Shown piece after piece: positions 1 to 13,250 of a stretch of 64,000 nt of DNA. Origin of the DNA: Catajapyx aquilonaris (Eukaryota). The notes beneath the pieces are model-generated. The model saw nothing but the letters and a program-made list of their open reading frames with translations, did not search any database and was not told the DNA's origin. A program made the translations under genes and the position numbers. The stretch is from positions 124,001 to 188,000 of the forward strand of contig KZ538063.1 of NCBI GenBank assembly GCA_000934665.2. The letters run 5' to 3'. Each line of letters begins with the position of its first letter. Position 1 is the first letter of the stretch.

Positions 1-400
1 AGCTTCTACGCGCAACAGCGACGTTTAGATCGGCCCAAATAACTGCTACACGCAACAGCTAGTTTTACAACTACCCAAGTAGCCGCTACGTTAAGAAACA
101 ACTCAACTAGCTTCTACGCGCAACAGCGACGTTTAGATCGGCCCAAATAACTGCTACACGCAACAGCTAGTTTTACAACGACCCATGTAGCCGCTACATG
201 CAATAACAGCTACATTAAAACAACCAGCGTTTAACAGCGACGCTAATAACGACCCAAGCAACTGCTAGATGCAATAACCTCTACGTTGAGAAAAGGCCTA
301 AGTAGCCGCTATATTTTTATTTTATTTTTTTATTTATTCTACCCCATTAGCTGGCCTATTGGCCATTTTTAGGGGGACAAGTAGCCGCTATATGGAAAGA
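1..400. repeat. Tandem array (~108-bp unit with degenerate ~20-bp subunits), probably internal to a non-autonomous element
   Basis: agcttctacgcgcaacagcgacgtttagatcggcccaaataactgctacacgcaacagctag at 1 and 109; repeated aagtagccgcta. Confidence 0.8.
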
Positions 401-1116
401 GCATGATGCATGAGGCCCATAAAGTGTCCTATCTCCCCCTGAAGCTGGCCTCATGGAGTCCCCTTGTGCCTAAAGCATCCGGAACAATCCGGACGTTAAT
501 CCTGGAGGGCCATCTGTTCACTTTTGGCCCTCCCTGTGCCGCTGAAAACCTCCGCACCATTTTCAGGACGTGCGGCAAAGGCAAGTTTATGTAAATAGGG
601 TCCGAGGCCTGGTTGTAATTTGAGCGTATGGAGTGGATGGAGGTGAGGTGCCCCCCACCCCCAACCCTCCTCAACACTCCCCCCGTGCCCAAGCGCCATA
701 AAGACACTCCTTATCGCCCTTATTGCACACTACTTGTACCCCCCCTCTTTACTCATCCGGGGTTGGAATTAATCTCACCTTCTCTCTCCCAAGCCCCCCC
801 GGATATATATTTTCCGGGCCTTTGTGATTGGACTGGGGGATGGAAAACCCTGACCGCAATATGCTGCACTTGAATCCGGATATGCAGCCCGATGGACACT
901 CTCCCTTGACGATTCGGGCCTCTGATTGGACCCTATCTATGTCCGGCTTTATCTCCAAAAGGGGGGTTATTCGAATCCCGACAACGCATCTATAGCCAAT
1001 AAGGGTCATTTAAAGTAGTTATAGTAAAATAACCAGCTCATCGTAATAACTAATAATACAGTAATAATAATAATCATCATCATATACAAAATTCACAATC
1101 CGTGACTCCACCCCTT

Positions 1117-1214
1117 GTCATCACCAACGTGCATGTAGTATACTATTTTCGCCCTGAGGGGCGTGCAGAGAGAGCCTATGCGCCAACTGGTAGTGGTCTA
1201 TCGTACTACGTCCA
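1117..1214 (-). mobile_element. Family A interspersed repeat, degenerate copy
   Basis: gtcatca..gtgcatgtagta..ccctgag..gtgcagagag..atgcgcca..gtactacgtcca matches the reverse family A consensus. Confidence 0.55.
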
Positions 1215-1279
1215 AGTTGGAGGGGGGGGGGGGGCAATTAGTCTTTCCATAATTTGGCAACAGGTCCGCTACTATAGTA

Positions 1280-1910
1280 GCTAATAATGACCAATACTAG
1301 GTTATGGCTAATAAACTTCTACTAATATCGTCTAACTAATAACATCTGGTATTAACTGATTGCAACTAATAATTATTATTGGCAATAACTTCTAATAGCC
1401 AATAATCTCTGATAATAACCAATAATAACTAATAACAGCTAATAACTCCTAACAACCAGAAATCTCTCAATAACCAATAACAACTAGCAATAGCTAATAA
1501 CAACTAATACTTAGTAATAACTTTTAATAACCAATTATATATTAATATCCAATAACTAGTGATAGCAAATTACAACTAATAAGCCTATCTGGCTAAAACT
1601 TATAATAACCAATTATATATTAATATCCAATAACTTGTGATAGCAAATAACAACTCATAAGCCTATCTGGTTATAACTTACAATAACCAATAATCTCTCA
1701 ATAACCAATAACTAGTAATAGCTAATAACCAATGCCGTACTTGATAATAACGAATATCTTATATAGCCTTACTATAATAACATCTGGTAATAGCTGAGTA
1801 ACTAATATCTCACAACTAATAACTTGTAGCAGCTAATAATAACCAATCCCTCGTAACTAACAACGCGCAATAGAGCTAACAACAGATAATAAATAATTAA
1901 AATAACTGCT
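1280..1910. repeat. AT-rich degenerate simple-repeat array (AATAACT/AGCTAAT words)
   Basis: Repeated ataactaataac/accaataac, with an internal ~78-bp duplication at 1527/1605. Confidence 0.8.
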
Positions 1911-2990
1911 CTCGTTATTCGGTCAGACACCCTGTAGCTTCGGGCGTCGTATAATGGGTGGCCACGCATGCGTCTGAGGCACTATTACGCGTGTTATAGT
2001 GTGCGGCCTGAATGTTGAACGACGGTCAGTCACTCGAGTGATGTCCACTTTATTCCGGGGTGCTATATTTCCAAGCCTGCCTCGTAAGCATCTCATTATA
2101 CGAGGTGCTGGTTGGGGGCAATTCCGAAGCAAAGGAGATGTCACTTCAAGTCACACACTCTAAACGAACTATATGTGTCTTCTCGACATGCAATGAATCT
2201 CATTACCAATCAAGAGCATTGCATGGGATCGATACAGCGCACGCATGTTTGCATTGCGGAAACATGTCACACATATATAGGAATTGTCGCCCCTGTCCTC
2301 ATTAAACACTCGTCAAATCGACTGAGAGAGATATACACTTTCCAAGCCCGCAGTCGTCTGAACGAGAATTGTTTGCTTGGAAGTACTGTACATGACACAT
2401 ATACGTACGTTTCACTAACTCGGTTGAATTAAATTATTTTAAATTAAATCGCTATATTATAATGTCGAAAATAAACTAAAGTTAAAATGGCGAGTTCAAA
2501 GTTTTGTGACGTCATGCTACCCTTTCTCCTCCACCCCCCAACTTGACATCAAAAGGGGGTCGCAGAGCAGATGGGGATTAACTTTAAATAAAGTACATTA
2601 AACTACGACAACTCCCAAAACCGCGCCCCTAACTTTTCCTTCCCATCGATTTGGAGCCATGGGGGCCTAACACCACTCTCAAAACTAAAACTCTTCCATT
2701 AATTTTAACTACGAACTCAAACAATTCGTTAATTTTTGACCTCCTGTTCTTGCAATCACGACATGCACATTTGCAATTACTCTGATTTGCTGTTTAAAAA
2801 CGCACAAAAATTGTGGACAAATGTGTACGCTATTGAAGCCAGTGACGTCAAGATTAATCAACATGTCATCCACTGTGACTTTAACAGCTTAATAAATTAA
2901 CGTCCGGTTAGTTATTATTAAAATATTTTAAATTTATCAATATATTTAATGGAATATATTTAAACATATTTACATTTTTATATTCATGTA

Positions 2991-3133
2991 CAATGTTGGA
3001 CATTTAATCGGGGCATACTGCTAACGACATCTTGCTCGCCCGGCTTGCAGTACCGTATCCTTATCTTCGATTACTTCTTCTGCCGCTTCGGAAAATGTCG
3101 CTAGCAGTATGCCTCGATTAATGTCCAACACTG
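2991..3133. mobile_element. MITE family B (Tc1/mariner-type, TA TSD)
   Basis: TA|caatgttggacatttaatcg...cgattaatgtccaacactg|TA inverted termini; homologous to 30308-30606 and 55698-55849. Confidence 0.85.
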
Positions 3134-4361
3134 TAATTTATTTTATTAGCATACCGGTATTTGCGTAATTTATTTACGAGTATATTAATGTGATTTGCAG
3201 CACTTATGAATTTTGTGTAATTAATTTAATAAATATAATTTATTATACGAGTATGATTTATTTATTTGTTAATATGCCAGCAGCAGAGCACGTTCTTCGC
3301 AAAGGCTTGTTTCCATGCTAATGTATTCAACAAAAATCAATGTGTTAAATATCATGGTAACCCAGTTGCCATGGACAAACAGACCGACAAACTGCCACTT
3401 ATATACTATGTAATATTTATGTAATATATTTTATTAATGTATTTATTTATAGTCCGAGAGTGTTTTATTAATGAACGGTCGGTTAGTGTGGTCACTCCCA
3501 CAGCACACATTAAGGTCAATTGATGCAACGCACAATTCATATCTGAAACTGGGTCCATGGTTAGTATCGGTTAATAAAAGGGCGTGGCGTGATACCGAGC
3601 TGTAAATATCTGCTGGAACCAGGACCTGGAACTGTTATTTCGGGACAGAAATGAGTTAGTGAAGGGTCAGTTATCCCCATGCTTCCTGGGGCTGCCCACA
3701 ACAGTCCGGGGGAAGGGTTAGTATAGTACTCATCATCTCCAGAGAGAGGGACACACACCCACACGAGTTATGGTTGAAAGATAAGAAAATAATAATTTAA
3801 AAAAGAAACCTGAGGGCGTCAGATAATCAAAAGGCTGCGGTTGTTGTTGCTGCTGTTGCTCGTCGTTCATCTTTGGAACCGGAGTGGTGACCTGGTCGTC
3901 TAAAGAAACATGAGAGAAAACGGAAATAAGACAGTTTTTGACCAGCTCTTGCCACACGCCCCATTGTTCGTGCTGTCACAAAAATCCTTCCCATTTCCTA
4001 GATCGATCATATGTTTTTTTAACACACAAAAAAAACTTTTAAAAAGTGTCGGGGGGTGGTGTCGGGGTTGCCAACGTCAAGAGCTGGGTTCTTAACACCT
4101 TCCGGATGGGGTGGCTCCTTTTCAGTAGATGACTGACTCTGTCGAGTTTCTAGGGAGCAGGAAGTGGTGCGATCGCTTCTCGACCTCGCCCCCTTCTTTT
4201 TTGGGGGAAGCCAAGGAGGTGGGTGACATGTCACCACCCACTCTAAAAACCTGCTAACAACTCCACTTCCCGTTTTTAGCACGCCAAATGGACTTCGCAA
4301 AAAAAACGAGAGAGGCTTGTAACCAGTTTGCGACCCAAACCGGATCCAAAAATTGACTCGC

Positions 4362-4467
4362 GTTTGTGTCCGGGGCGAGTCATCACTCAGCTAGATGCAT
4401 GTAGTACCACAACCCCTCACAACCTGAAAGTGGCAACAGTATGCAGAGAGGGATGGTGCGCCATCTA
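4362..4467 (-). mobile_element. Family A repeat copy
   Basis: gtttgtgtccgggg cgagtcatca..gcatgtagtaccac..agtggca..tgcagagag..gcgccatcta. Confidence 0.75.
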
Positions 4468-5009
4468 ATTTCCAAGTAAAAAAATATAGCGTCACGAGGA
4501 TAAAGTAAAGAACGTTCGCAAAATAGCAGTGATGGGTGGCGAATAAGGTAGGGTGGTTGGGTGGAGCCAATTTCGAGCCAAAATTCCTCGCTTTGCAGGC
4601 AAGAGCCAGAATCAATTAATTAGATGGACTTTTCTTCACACCCGGAAACTCATTATTTCCATTCCACTCCTTTTTGCGCCATTTTCCTCCTCCTTTCCTC
4701 TAGTGTGAAATGAGAAAAAATTCATCAGTTTCTTCCAAGAGATAGAGGATGGTATGAGATGGGGGGGGGGGAGGCAGGCCCCTCCTCACACCATCCTACC
4801 ACCACCCCTGGCTCTCCCGCAAACTAATTCAAGCCTGACGTACCCTTCCCTCTTCGCACACGAATCACCACTCTCGTCGCCTCTATAATACTTTTCCTTA
4901 TTTCACTCATTTCCGTTCGTACTATTCGGGACGAAAAGATACGCGCCCGACTGGGCTTCAATTTTGCGCCCCCCTGGAAAACTGAGAGCGCTTCAAGAAA
5001 ATAAACTCT

Positions 5010-6405
5010 CCCAAAATGACGTATGTAAGTTAAATAACGTGTACCCAAAATAACGTATCAGTTAAATAACGTCTATCCAAAATAACGTATCAGTTGAATA
5101 ACGGGTATCCAAAATAACGTATCAGTTAAATAACGTGTATGCAAAATAACGTTTATGTAAAATCACGCCTAAAGAAAATTACATGCGAGCAAAATCACGC
5201 CTAAAGAAAGTAGCAACGTTTAAAAGAAATAACGATTAAGCAAAATGACTTGCAGGCAAAATAGCGTTTGAATCAAATTAACGCTTAAATCAGCTTGTAA
5301 GGAAAATAACTTGTATTACCATTAGCAAGGGGGTTACCAGTTCGGTACACCGGTGTACACCTGCAGTGGTACTCCCAGGTACTCCTTAGGTACCTTTAAT
5401 ACTCTTTGGTACTCCTTGCTACTTCTTGAATTTGGTACTCCAGTGTATACGTACAGTTTACAGTCGAGCGGTTAACACCTTGACCATTAGTAATGAATAT
5501 AACGTTTAAGTAAAATAACGTTTAAAGAAGTAGCGAGTGGGCAAAATAACGTCTACAAAAAATATATCTGTTATACTCACGCCTAAAGAAAGTAACGGAT
5601 AAACGGAATAACGATTACGTAAAATATCTTGCAGGCAAAATTGCGTTTAAAGAAAATCTACGCGCAAAATAGCTTGTAAGGAAAATAACTTGTATTACCA
5701 TTAGTAATCAATATAACGTTCAAGAAAAATAGCGTTTAAAGTAGTAGCAAGTTGGCAAAATAACGCCTAAAATTACATATGGGCAAAATCACGCATACAA
5801 AAAGGAACTGTTAAACTCACGTCTAAAGAAAGTATCGGTTAAACGGAATAACGATTAAGTAAAATAACTTCCAGGCAAAATAGCGTTTAAAGAAAATCTA
5901 CGCGCAAAATAGCTTGCATGGAAAATAACTTATATTGCCATCAGTAATGAATATAACGCTTAGCAAAAGAACGTTTAAAGATATAGCGTGTGGGCAAAAT
6001 AACGCCCTAAGAAAGAAAAATCACGTCTAAAGAAAGTGGTAACGGTTAAATGGAATAACGATTCAGCAAAATAACTTGCATCAAAAATAGCGTTTAAATC
6101 AAATTTACGCTTAAATTAGCTTGTAATGAAAATAACTTGTATTTACCATTATAGTAATCAATATAACGTTCAAGAAAAATAACGTTTAAAGTAGTAGCAA
6201 GTGGGCAAAATAACGCCTAAAAGTACATATGGGCAAAATCACGTCTACAAAAAGGAACTGTTAAACTCACGTCTAAAGAAGGTATCGGTTAAACGGAATA
6301 ACGATTAAGTAAAATAACTTCCAGGCAAAATAGCGTTTAAAGAAAATCTACACGCAAAATAGCTTGCAAGGAAAATAACAATGCAAATAACTTATATTGC
6401 CATTT
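5010..6405. repeat. Satellite-like array: short AAAATAACG subunits in ~210-245-bp higher-order units
   Basis: gcaaaatagcgtttaaagaaaatctacgcgcaaaatagcttg..ggaaaataacttgtattaccattag recurs near 5256, 5636, 5876, 6084, 6325. Confidence 0.9.
5326..5482. mobile_element. 157-bp MITE with 8-bp TSD (P-element- or hAT-type) inserted in the satellite
   Basis: ACCATTAG duplicated at 5318-5325 and 5483-5490; imperfect TIRs caagggggttacc / ggttaacaccttg. Confidence 0.8.
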
Positions 6406-7439
6406 GAAATGAGTTTGAAGATTCGAATGAGGCAACAATTATTCCGATCGGATGCTCTAGAGAGATTATTGCGCAACAAAAATGAAACAATTATGCCGAA
6501 TGTTCGCATGGTTTAATAACTGGCATGTCCTAATCTTCCCCGTCACGTAGACACACACGCGATACATTAAATAGCCGCTCTTTTCAAGGACCATTGTTGC
6601 CAAAAAGCGCGGATCGGATTACACAATATTCCAACTGTTGTTTCTCACACACCTGATCTTCTCGCATGCACACGATCTATATATGAAACATCCGGATGAA
6701 TATTTACGTGTAATACACTTACAACCATTGCCATTCAGCAGCTATAGGCGTATTCAGATACGCTGAAATGATTGAAAGGACCACTAACTAAAACCGTCTC
6801 TCAAAACACCCTCGATTGTACACTAAATGGGTCCGAATTGTGATGTATGAGTGGTGGGGACGTCTATTGAATCCTAAGCCCACTTAGTATTTTCTATCAT
6901 CTATAGACCCCGTCTAGTGGTCCCAATTGGATATCGGGGAAACTTGGCAGCTGCTCCGCCCCCTTCCATTTTAATATTAATCGCCTTCCACTTAAAAGCA
7001 CTGCCATTATTAAAACTGCGATTGTGAACGATTTTTTTTTTGTTATAGATGGGCCAGGCGGGTGGTCCCCACAAATAAAGTGTCGTCCATTTTGAATCCA
7101 GCAGCCATATTAGTCAGGTGTTGGGATGACAAGCTCTTGCCGACAATTAGGCGTTGATTGTACGTAACAAGGCGTTTTCGGAGAGGGTGTGATTGATATG
7201 AAGAGAGAGAAGGCTGGTACGGCTTGTGCAACTCGACCTGGTGGGTAATAAATGGACTTGTCAGCTTTGCTTTTGGCGCTCGGATTAATCCCCAGCCCGC
7301 ACGTTTTACCCGGATGGATTTTCGCTCGACTCGCACCTGGATAACTGACAACAGCTGACGAGGATAAACAAGGATGCAATTTGGAAGGGTTCACATGGTA
7401 CAAGTTGGCCCTGACAAGCTAGAACTGTCACTGTCACAT

Positions 7440-8170
7440 TCATTCGATATATCGCACGTGGAATGGATTTAAACTGATATTTCGATATATCGCACGTGAG
7501 ATCGATTTAAACTGATATTTCGATATATCGCACATCTAATCGATTTTTATATATCGCCTGTTCGATATATTCTTACAGAGAAAAGTCGATCTCTCAAGAT
7601 ATATCTTTTGATTCCAATATTAATACGACGTGTCTCGCTGTATGTCCGGAGAGCTCATCGTGCCGCAGGGTTATCGATGCTTCGATGGTCAGAAGGTGAA
7701 AACTTTACGATATCTAATTCGGTGTCGGCGTCGTTTTTTCGATATGTATTCGAAGGTTTCGAGGGCAATTTCGCTTAATCAATTATGATGAATCGATTCT
7801 AATCAATCGATATTGATATATCGATTGAATTAGCCTATTTTTGGATATGCCGATATTAATAAGTAGATATCGATTTGTTGGGTCAAATAATTATATCGGT
7901 TTTAATGTCAAAATCCAATCAATAGATATTAATATCTCGATTCTAATATATCGATATTAATATATTGGTTCTGAATCTTCTGATATATCGATTCAACAAT
8001 CTACGCGATATCGGTAGTAAATCTCGATTATCGATATATCGAAATTAATATATTGGTTCTGAATCTTCTGATATATCGATTCTACAATCTACGCGATATC
8101 GGTTGTAATATCTCGATTATCGATATATCGACCACTGTGATATTTATGCCACATCTATATTCGATATGAG
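7440..8170. repeat. ATCGAT/TCGATA-rich degenerate array with ~38-bp and ~88-bp tandem duplications
   Basis: ttcgatatatcgcac x3 (7443-7535); attaatatattggttctgaatcttctgatatatcgatt at 7956 and 8044. Confidence 0.8.
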
Positions 8171-8343
8171 AAATTCCGATAAATTAATTATCGCACGTCA
8201 GCCTTAACGATGCCCTTATCTAGTGAATGACCTTAACGATACAGTTGACGTCCAAACAGCTTCAGATGTTTCTTCGTCTCTGCCAATCAGGTTGCGGAAA
8301 TCATTGCAACGTAACAGCTATTTTTAGTGCTATAGATACTGAC

Positions 8344-8554
8344 CCACGACGTTGAGTGTGACGAAGTAGCTGCGATGAGGCTGCGTGCTGATCTGGCACT
8401 CGTAGATGCCCGCGTCCCTCTTCTGCGTGTACTTGATCTGCAACGTCCACTCGTCCGTGTTCGGGTGGTGGATCGCCTGGAACCGCTGGTCGCTCGTGTA
8501 CGTGTAAGCACCCACCGTCAGGATGTGGATGTCTCTGTGTCGTATCCACGACAC
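8344..8554 (-). CDS. dpr6: Internal coding exon of a Dpr-family (defective proboscis extension response) Ig cell-surface protein; most of Ig domain 1; dpr6/dpr10-like
   Basis: Translates VSWIRHRDIHILTVGAYTYTSDQRFQAIHHPNTDEWTLQIKYTQKRDAGIYECQISTQPHRSYFVTLNVV (70 codons + 1 nt), with Dpr signatures VSWIR, HILTVG, TYTSDQRF and DAGxYECQIST. Acceptor ttattttgcAG at 8556-8555, donor GTcagt at 8343. Family is secure; the dpr6 paralog call rests on recalled similarity and needs BLAST/phylogeny. Confidence 0.93.
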
Positions 8555-9132
8555 CTGCAAAATAAGATAAGAAACACTCAAGATCACAGTCCAAGGTCGA
8601 ATCGCTACAAATAACCGCTACTTATAACCCTTATTTGAAAATCTGTAAATTTCCATCGATGAGCATGTTAACAGCGACTATCACTGCTATTATAGAATAG
8701 CAGCATTGTGACTGCTATTTCTGTAGTATGGTAAATGTGCGATTGCGTAATGAGGGCCAAGTGCCTGATGAATTGTTTACTGCGGAAAGTGTGCCAAAAA
8801 TATTGCAATTAGTGGATGGTAGCTGATGGGGTGGACAATACATGGCTTTTCTGAGATGGAAGAAAAACGACCGGACAAAACACACCAAGGACCCGCCCTA
8901 CTCAAGGAGTCGAGGCATGTAGTGCGCTGTACAGGGGGGTGCTATAACAATATATCCTGCGCTACAATGGCATCAATAGCAGGGCCGTGTCAATAATGAA
9001 CCAAGGCCTGAGTCGGGGGAGCTCCCACACCAGATTTATGACTTAGAGCACTTGACTCTTTTTCTTCTTCCTTTTTTTGAGAAAAATATATAGCTGGAGC
9101 AAATCATTATATAGAATTGGCTAGAGTGTGGA

Positions 9133-9241
9133 TCTGTCCGCGGTGTTATCAGCTAGGTGCATGTAGTACCACTACCCCTCATAAGACCCTGAGAGTGGCA
9201 GTAGTGTGCAGATTCGCCATCTATGTGAGGGGTATGGTACT
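9133..9241 (-). mobile_element. Family A repeat copy, near full core
   Basis: gtccgcgg..agctaggtgcatgtagtaccactacccctc..gaccctgagagtggcagtagtgtgcagattcgccatctatgtgaggggtatggtac. Confidence 0.85.
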
Positions 9242-9849
9242 GATTCATTTCAGCAATTAGACCATCAAGTACCTTCAGGTGACGAAACCGTGCAAAACCG
9301 GCAACAGTGCGTCAATAATGATCCGGAGCGCATTCCGGGCTATAAATCACATCCGGTCAAGGGGAGGGTTTTAATGGCTAATGACATTTGCACAATATTG
9401 TCTCATATTGTCAGTGTAATGCCAGAGGGGGGGAGGGAGGGAGGGGAAGGGGGAGGGGGGAGGGAGAAAATAATCCGGAGCGAGCGAGCGAACATTACAT
9501 AGCTCTTTGATGACAGATATAGGTCAGCGCTGGAATACACATAATGAGCAAACTNGGGGGGGGGGGGGGGAGACGGGCGAGGGAAAACAGCTGGCAGCAC
9601 TGCGAATAATAACTGCTATTTTGAATCGCAGCTAATGCTGATTTTTTTGGGAATTATAACCTATAAACTAATCATAAGCAGCGGCACGATTTTTCAAAAA
9701 GAGCAGGACAATGAAAATCTTGAAACATGATGGCGTGCCTTATAGCCGCCCCTTTCGTAACTGTTACTTGCAGCTCTGCTCTATATCCTTTCAAGGTATG
9801 TTTACATTACGGGTACTTGTACGCTTTAATATCCATACACTACACGGAC

Positions 9850-10470
9850 CATTAAAATAACTGCTGATTTAACTGCTACATCAAGACCCACGAAACTGCT
9901 ATTTCCAGTAACTGATACTTATGTAACTGCAGCGCTGCTGAATACACACGCCTATACGCATGCCCTGTAAGAAGAGCAGCTCTTAAGACCATCATTCACG
10001 ATGAAATAACAGCTACTTTAAGAACTTACTACTCTAAGATGTTTTTGAAAAGCAGCTCTAAAAAGCAGCTAAGCGATCATTACAATTGTAATGAACACTT
10101 AGCTGCTTTTTAGAGCTGCTTTTCAGTAAACGGGACTACAGTAGCGTATGTTTTAGAATTGATGCGTGCAACAGCTGCGTTAAGAACTACTCTAAGATGT
10201 TCGTAATCATCACTTTAATAGCAGCTTTTTGGAACTGCTATTTCAGTAAACGGAACTACAGTAGCGTATATCTTAAAATTGATGCATACAACAGCTGCGT
10301 TAAGAACTACTCCAAATCTCATCCTTTGTAACAACTTAGCTGCTATTAAGAACCGCTTTATCAATGAACGCTCCTAGAATACTGCATTTAAACAGCTTCG
10401 ATAAAAACGAATCAATGAACCACTATATTCTGTAGTTGCTATTTAGAACTGATCTTTCAATGAACGCTGC
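9850..10470. repeat. Degenerate AGCTGCT/AACTGCT array with ~120-bp duplication and an 80-bp palindrome
   Basis: ttcagtaaacggractacagtagcgtat repeated at ~10122/10243; palindrome 10046-10125. Confidence 0.7.
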
Positions 10471-10477
10471 TAGTATG

Positions 10478-10688
10478 CAGGGTGTTTCAACTTTTTTGCC
10501 CGAACAGTTACCGGAAATATTGCACTAAGCTGCTACTTTGTAAGCAGTTATGCCACTTCAACCTAAGATTCGCAGGGAATATTCCCCATTCCTCCGACAA
10601 ACCGGTTGCAAGTCACTGCTTACAAAGTAGCAGCTTATAATGCAATATTTCCGATAATTGTTCGGACAAAAAAAGTTGAAACACCCTG
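10478..10688. mobile_element. MITE family C (CAGGGTG termini, Tc1/mariner-type)
   Basis: cagggtgtttcaactttttt...aaaaaagttgaaacaccctg|TA, ~70-bp TIRs; homologue at 43300-43618. Confidence 0.9.
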
Positions 10689-11350
10689 TATTTAACTGAT
10701 ACATGCCACAGCTACTTTAAGAACGACCCAATAACCGCCCTTTGGACACTTAAACTGCGATTTTGAACCCGCTTCGAGTTCTGTTGACACGATCTGACCA
10801 ACTTGACACACGTACTGCGACATAAGTGCAGCTCTCTTTTTCTGATCGGGTAAAAAAGCGCAAATAGCTGTGTCGGTTGGAGTGGGTGGCAAACCAACTT
10901 TGAAAGGCGACTCGAGCACACACGTACAGAGAGATGGGGGGCACAACAAGCATGGAAGGTTTCAACAAAAAAAATGGGGGGTATTGCGAAGGTGTGCAGC
11001 GTCATCGGATTTCGATCAGTCCATCCGGAAGTGGCCTCATCCCCTCCCAAAGAAAAGGGCATACTTTTTCTTTTCTCGGGGCAAGAGCGAGCCCCTGGGC
11101 GGCCCTTGAGCTCCGCCCTCCCTTCCCGGAGATGGGTTAAGAAGATGGCCACAAACTTTATGCCGCCTGCAAAATTGGCACCTTCCGCCAGCTGGCTCAG
11201 CAACTTCCTCCTTTTCCTCAGGACCTTTTCTTCTCTTTACACTGCACCTTTTGTACCCCTAGCACGAACCTCACTACATTTCTCTACATACTCAGCACAT
11301 GCGACTTCGTTATTTGCACAGGCCGGAAAAAAGTTGAAGCCCGGGAATCA

Positions 11351-11423
11351 GACTATCCATGTAGTACCACATCCCACACATAGATGACTGCCACTCTCAG
11401 GGTCGTGCAGGGGTACTACACAT
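11351..11423 (+). mobile_element. Family A repeat copy with internal deletions
   Basis: ccatgtagtaccacatcccacacatagatg actgccactctcagggtcgtgcaggggtactacac. Confidence 0.8.
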
Positions 11424-12729
11424 AATCAACCCCCTTTTGGACCTCCCAACACCCAATATGATGTTTCAAGTGCAAAAATATGGACACAATGCGTGGGAGT
11501 GTCGAACTTTTCCACCTCGACAAATTGCATGCAAAGTTGCCAAGCCTGAAACATTTTTTGTCACATTTTTTGATAGGTGACAGCATAAAAAGGGCGGCGT
11601 TGTACAAAAAGAGGCCCCGCTTGACACCCAACACTGTGCGGTGAGATGGGTATCCTATTCAATGCGTCGCCATATTGGAACAGCCCTCATTTGAGCAAAG
11701 TTGCGGCCGCGCTTATTCAATAGGACGAAACTTTTTATTTCGAACCACCTGGAATAAAAATGCTCCAGGTCAGTTTACACTCGGTTAATAAAATCTGGGT
11801 CTATATGTATTGTGGACACATGGCGGGGCAGGAGCCAATACATGGCTTGATGAGCAAAGTTTAACAAGTTAGTGTCTACCACTCATGGTACATATCAAAG
11901 GAGCAACTTTTCGTTCTTGATTGGACCAAAAATGGCGGAAAGAACATGGCAAGATAATTATATTGTACCGAATATTATGATTATAATTATATTTCATATT
12001 CGTCGTAAATAATATAGCATTCAATATCTTACGACCAACAATGTTAAAACTAAATTATGTCGCAAGGTTCAGCCCCATTTTGGGTGGTGAATTCCGCAGC
12101 CTAAAATGTGCATGGAAGCAAGTCATACTGGACGTACGGAGATGATATAATTGTCTAACGTGGCATCGGGTAATCAACACGTGATAATCGGCGGGGCAAT
12201 TACTTTGCACAAAATGAAAGGCCCGCATTTTTACATTAAACCGGCAGATTGGGCCCAAATTGAGGTGCGCCCCCCCCCATCCCCCCCTTCATCGTAAATT
12301 ATTCGCCCCCTCCCTGCCCCCTCCCTCTCTCTCTGGGGGCAATAATCGCAACTATGCGTGCAGGTCAGATAGCTTTTGCATTCAGGCGCACATGCATTGC
12401 GGTGTGCTTTAAACAACCATAACTGTTTGGTTTGATGAAGGTCAGCGGCACGTGGCCATCGCCGCCCGCAGCTAATTCAAAACCAGTCATTATCGCCCGA
12501 GTTACATTGCCGATACAATAATTCGGATGTGGGGGGTGTCCAAAAACGGGCTGCGAATTATTTCGGCCAGGTCGGGTTATGCCGCCCGCAGCGGGCTTGG
12601 TAATGCTCAGGGTCAATCCAATCAGCGATGATATTTGTGTGACCTGTCGCCAATCTATTTTGCTATTTCCCACCATGGGATCCACTGCCTCTCACGGCTA
12701 TGTATGCCTAAAAACCACGTCTAAATATT

Positions 12730-13250
12730 AGTATAATAACTGCTGTTTCGAATAGTAACTGCTTTATGAAGTGTTATTATTTACAGGATAGTATACTTCT
12801 TGGAAAGTAGCGGCGGTTTAGGAGCGTAATTGTTATTTTGAAGAGTAACGCCTGTTTGAAATAAGCCGCTATCATGGAGTGAAACTGCTTCTTGAGGAAT
12901 AATCATTGCTTTTGGAAAATAGCTACGCTAGCTATTTTGAAGTAGCTGTTATTTCGAAGAGCAATTGTTTCTTAGGACGTAGCCGTTGTTTATGGTAGCA
13001 ACTATTTCTTGGAGAGTAGCTACTTTGAGAAGTAGCTGTTATTTTGAAGAACAATAGTTTCTTAGGACGTAGCTGTTATTTATGGTAGTAACTATTTCTT
13101 GGAGAGTAGCTACTTTGAGAAGTAGCTGTTATTATGAAGAGTAACATTTTTTGAAACCAGTTACACTCCACAATAGCAGCTATAGCTGCTATTGTGGAGT
13201 GTAACTGGTTCTTGAGGAAAAACTTCCTTGGGAGAGTAGCTGCTACTTCG
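12730..13250. repeat. Degenerate GAAGTAGCTG array with ~80-bp duplication and a 56-bp perfect palindrome
   Basis: tatggtagyaactatttcttggagagtagctactttgagaagtagctgtta at 12991 and 13081; palindrome 13155-13210. Confidence 0.8.

Noticed and set aside
8287..8614. Overlapping alternative-frame and antisense ORFs at the dpr exon
   Set aside because: Shadows of the GC-rich real exon.
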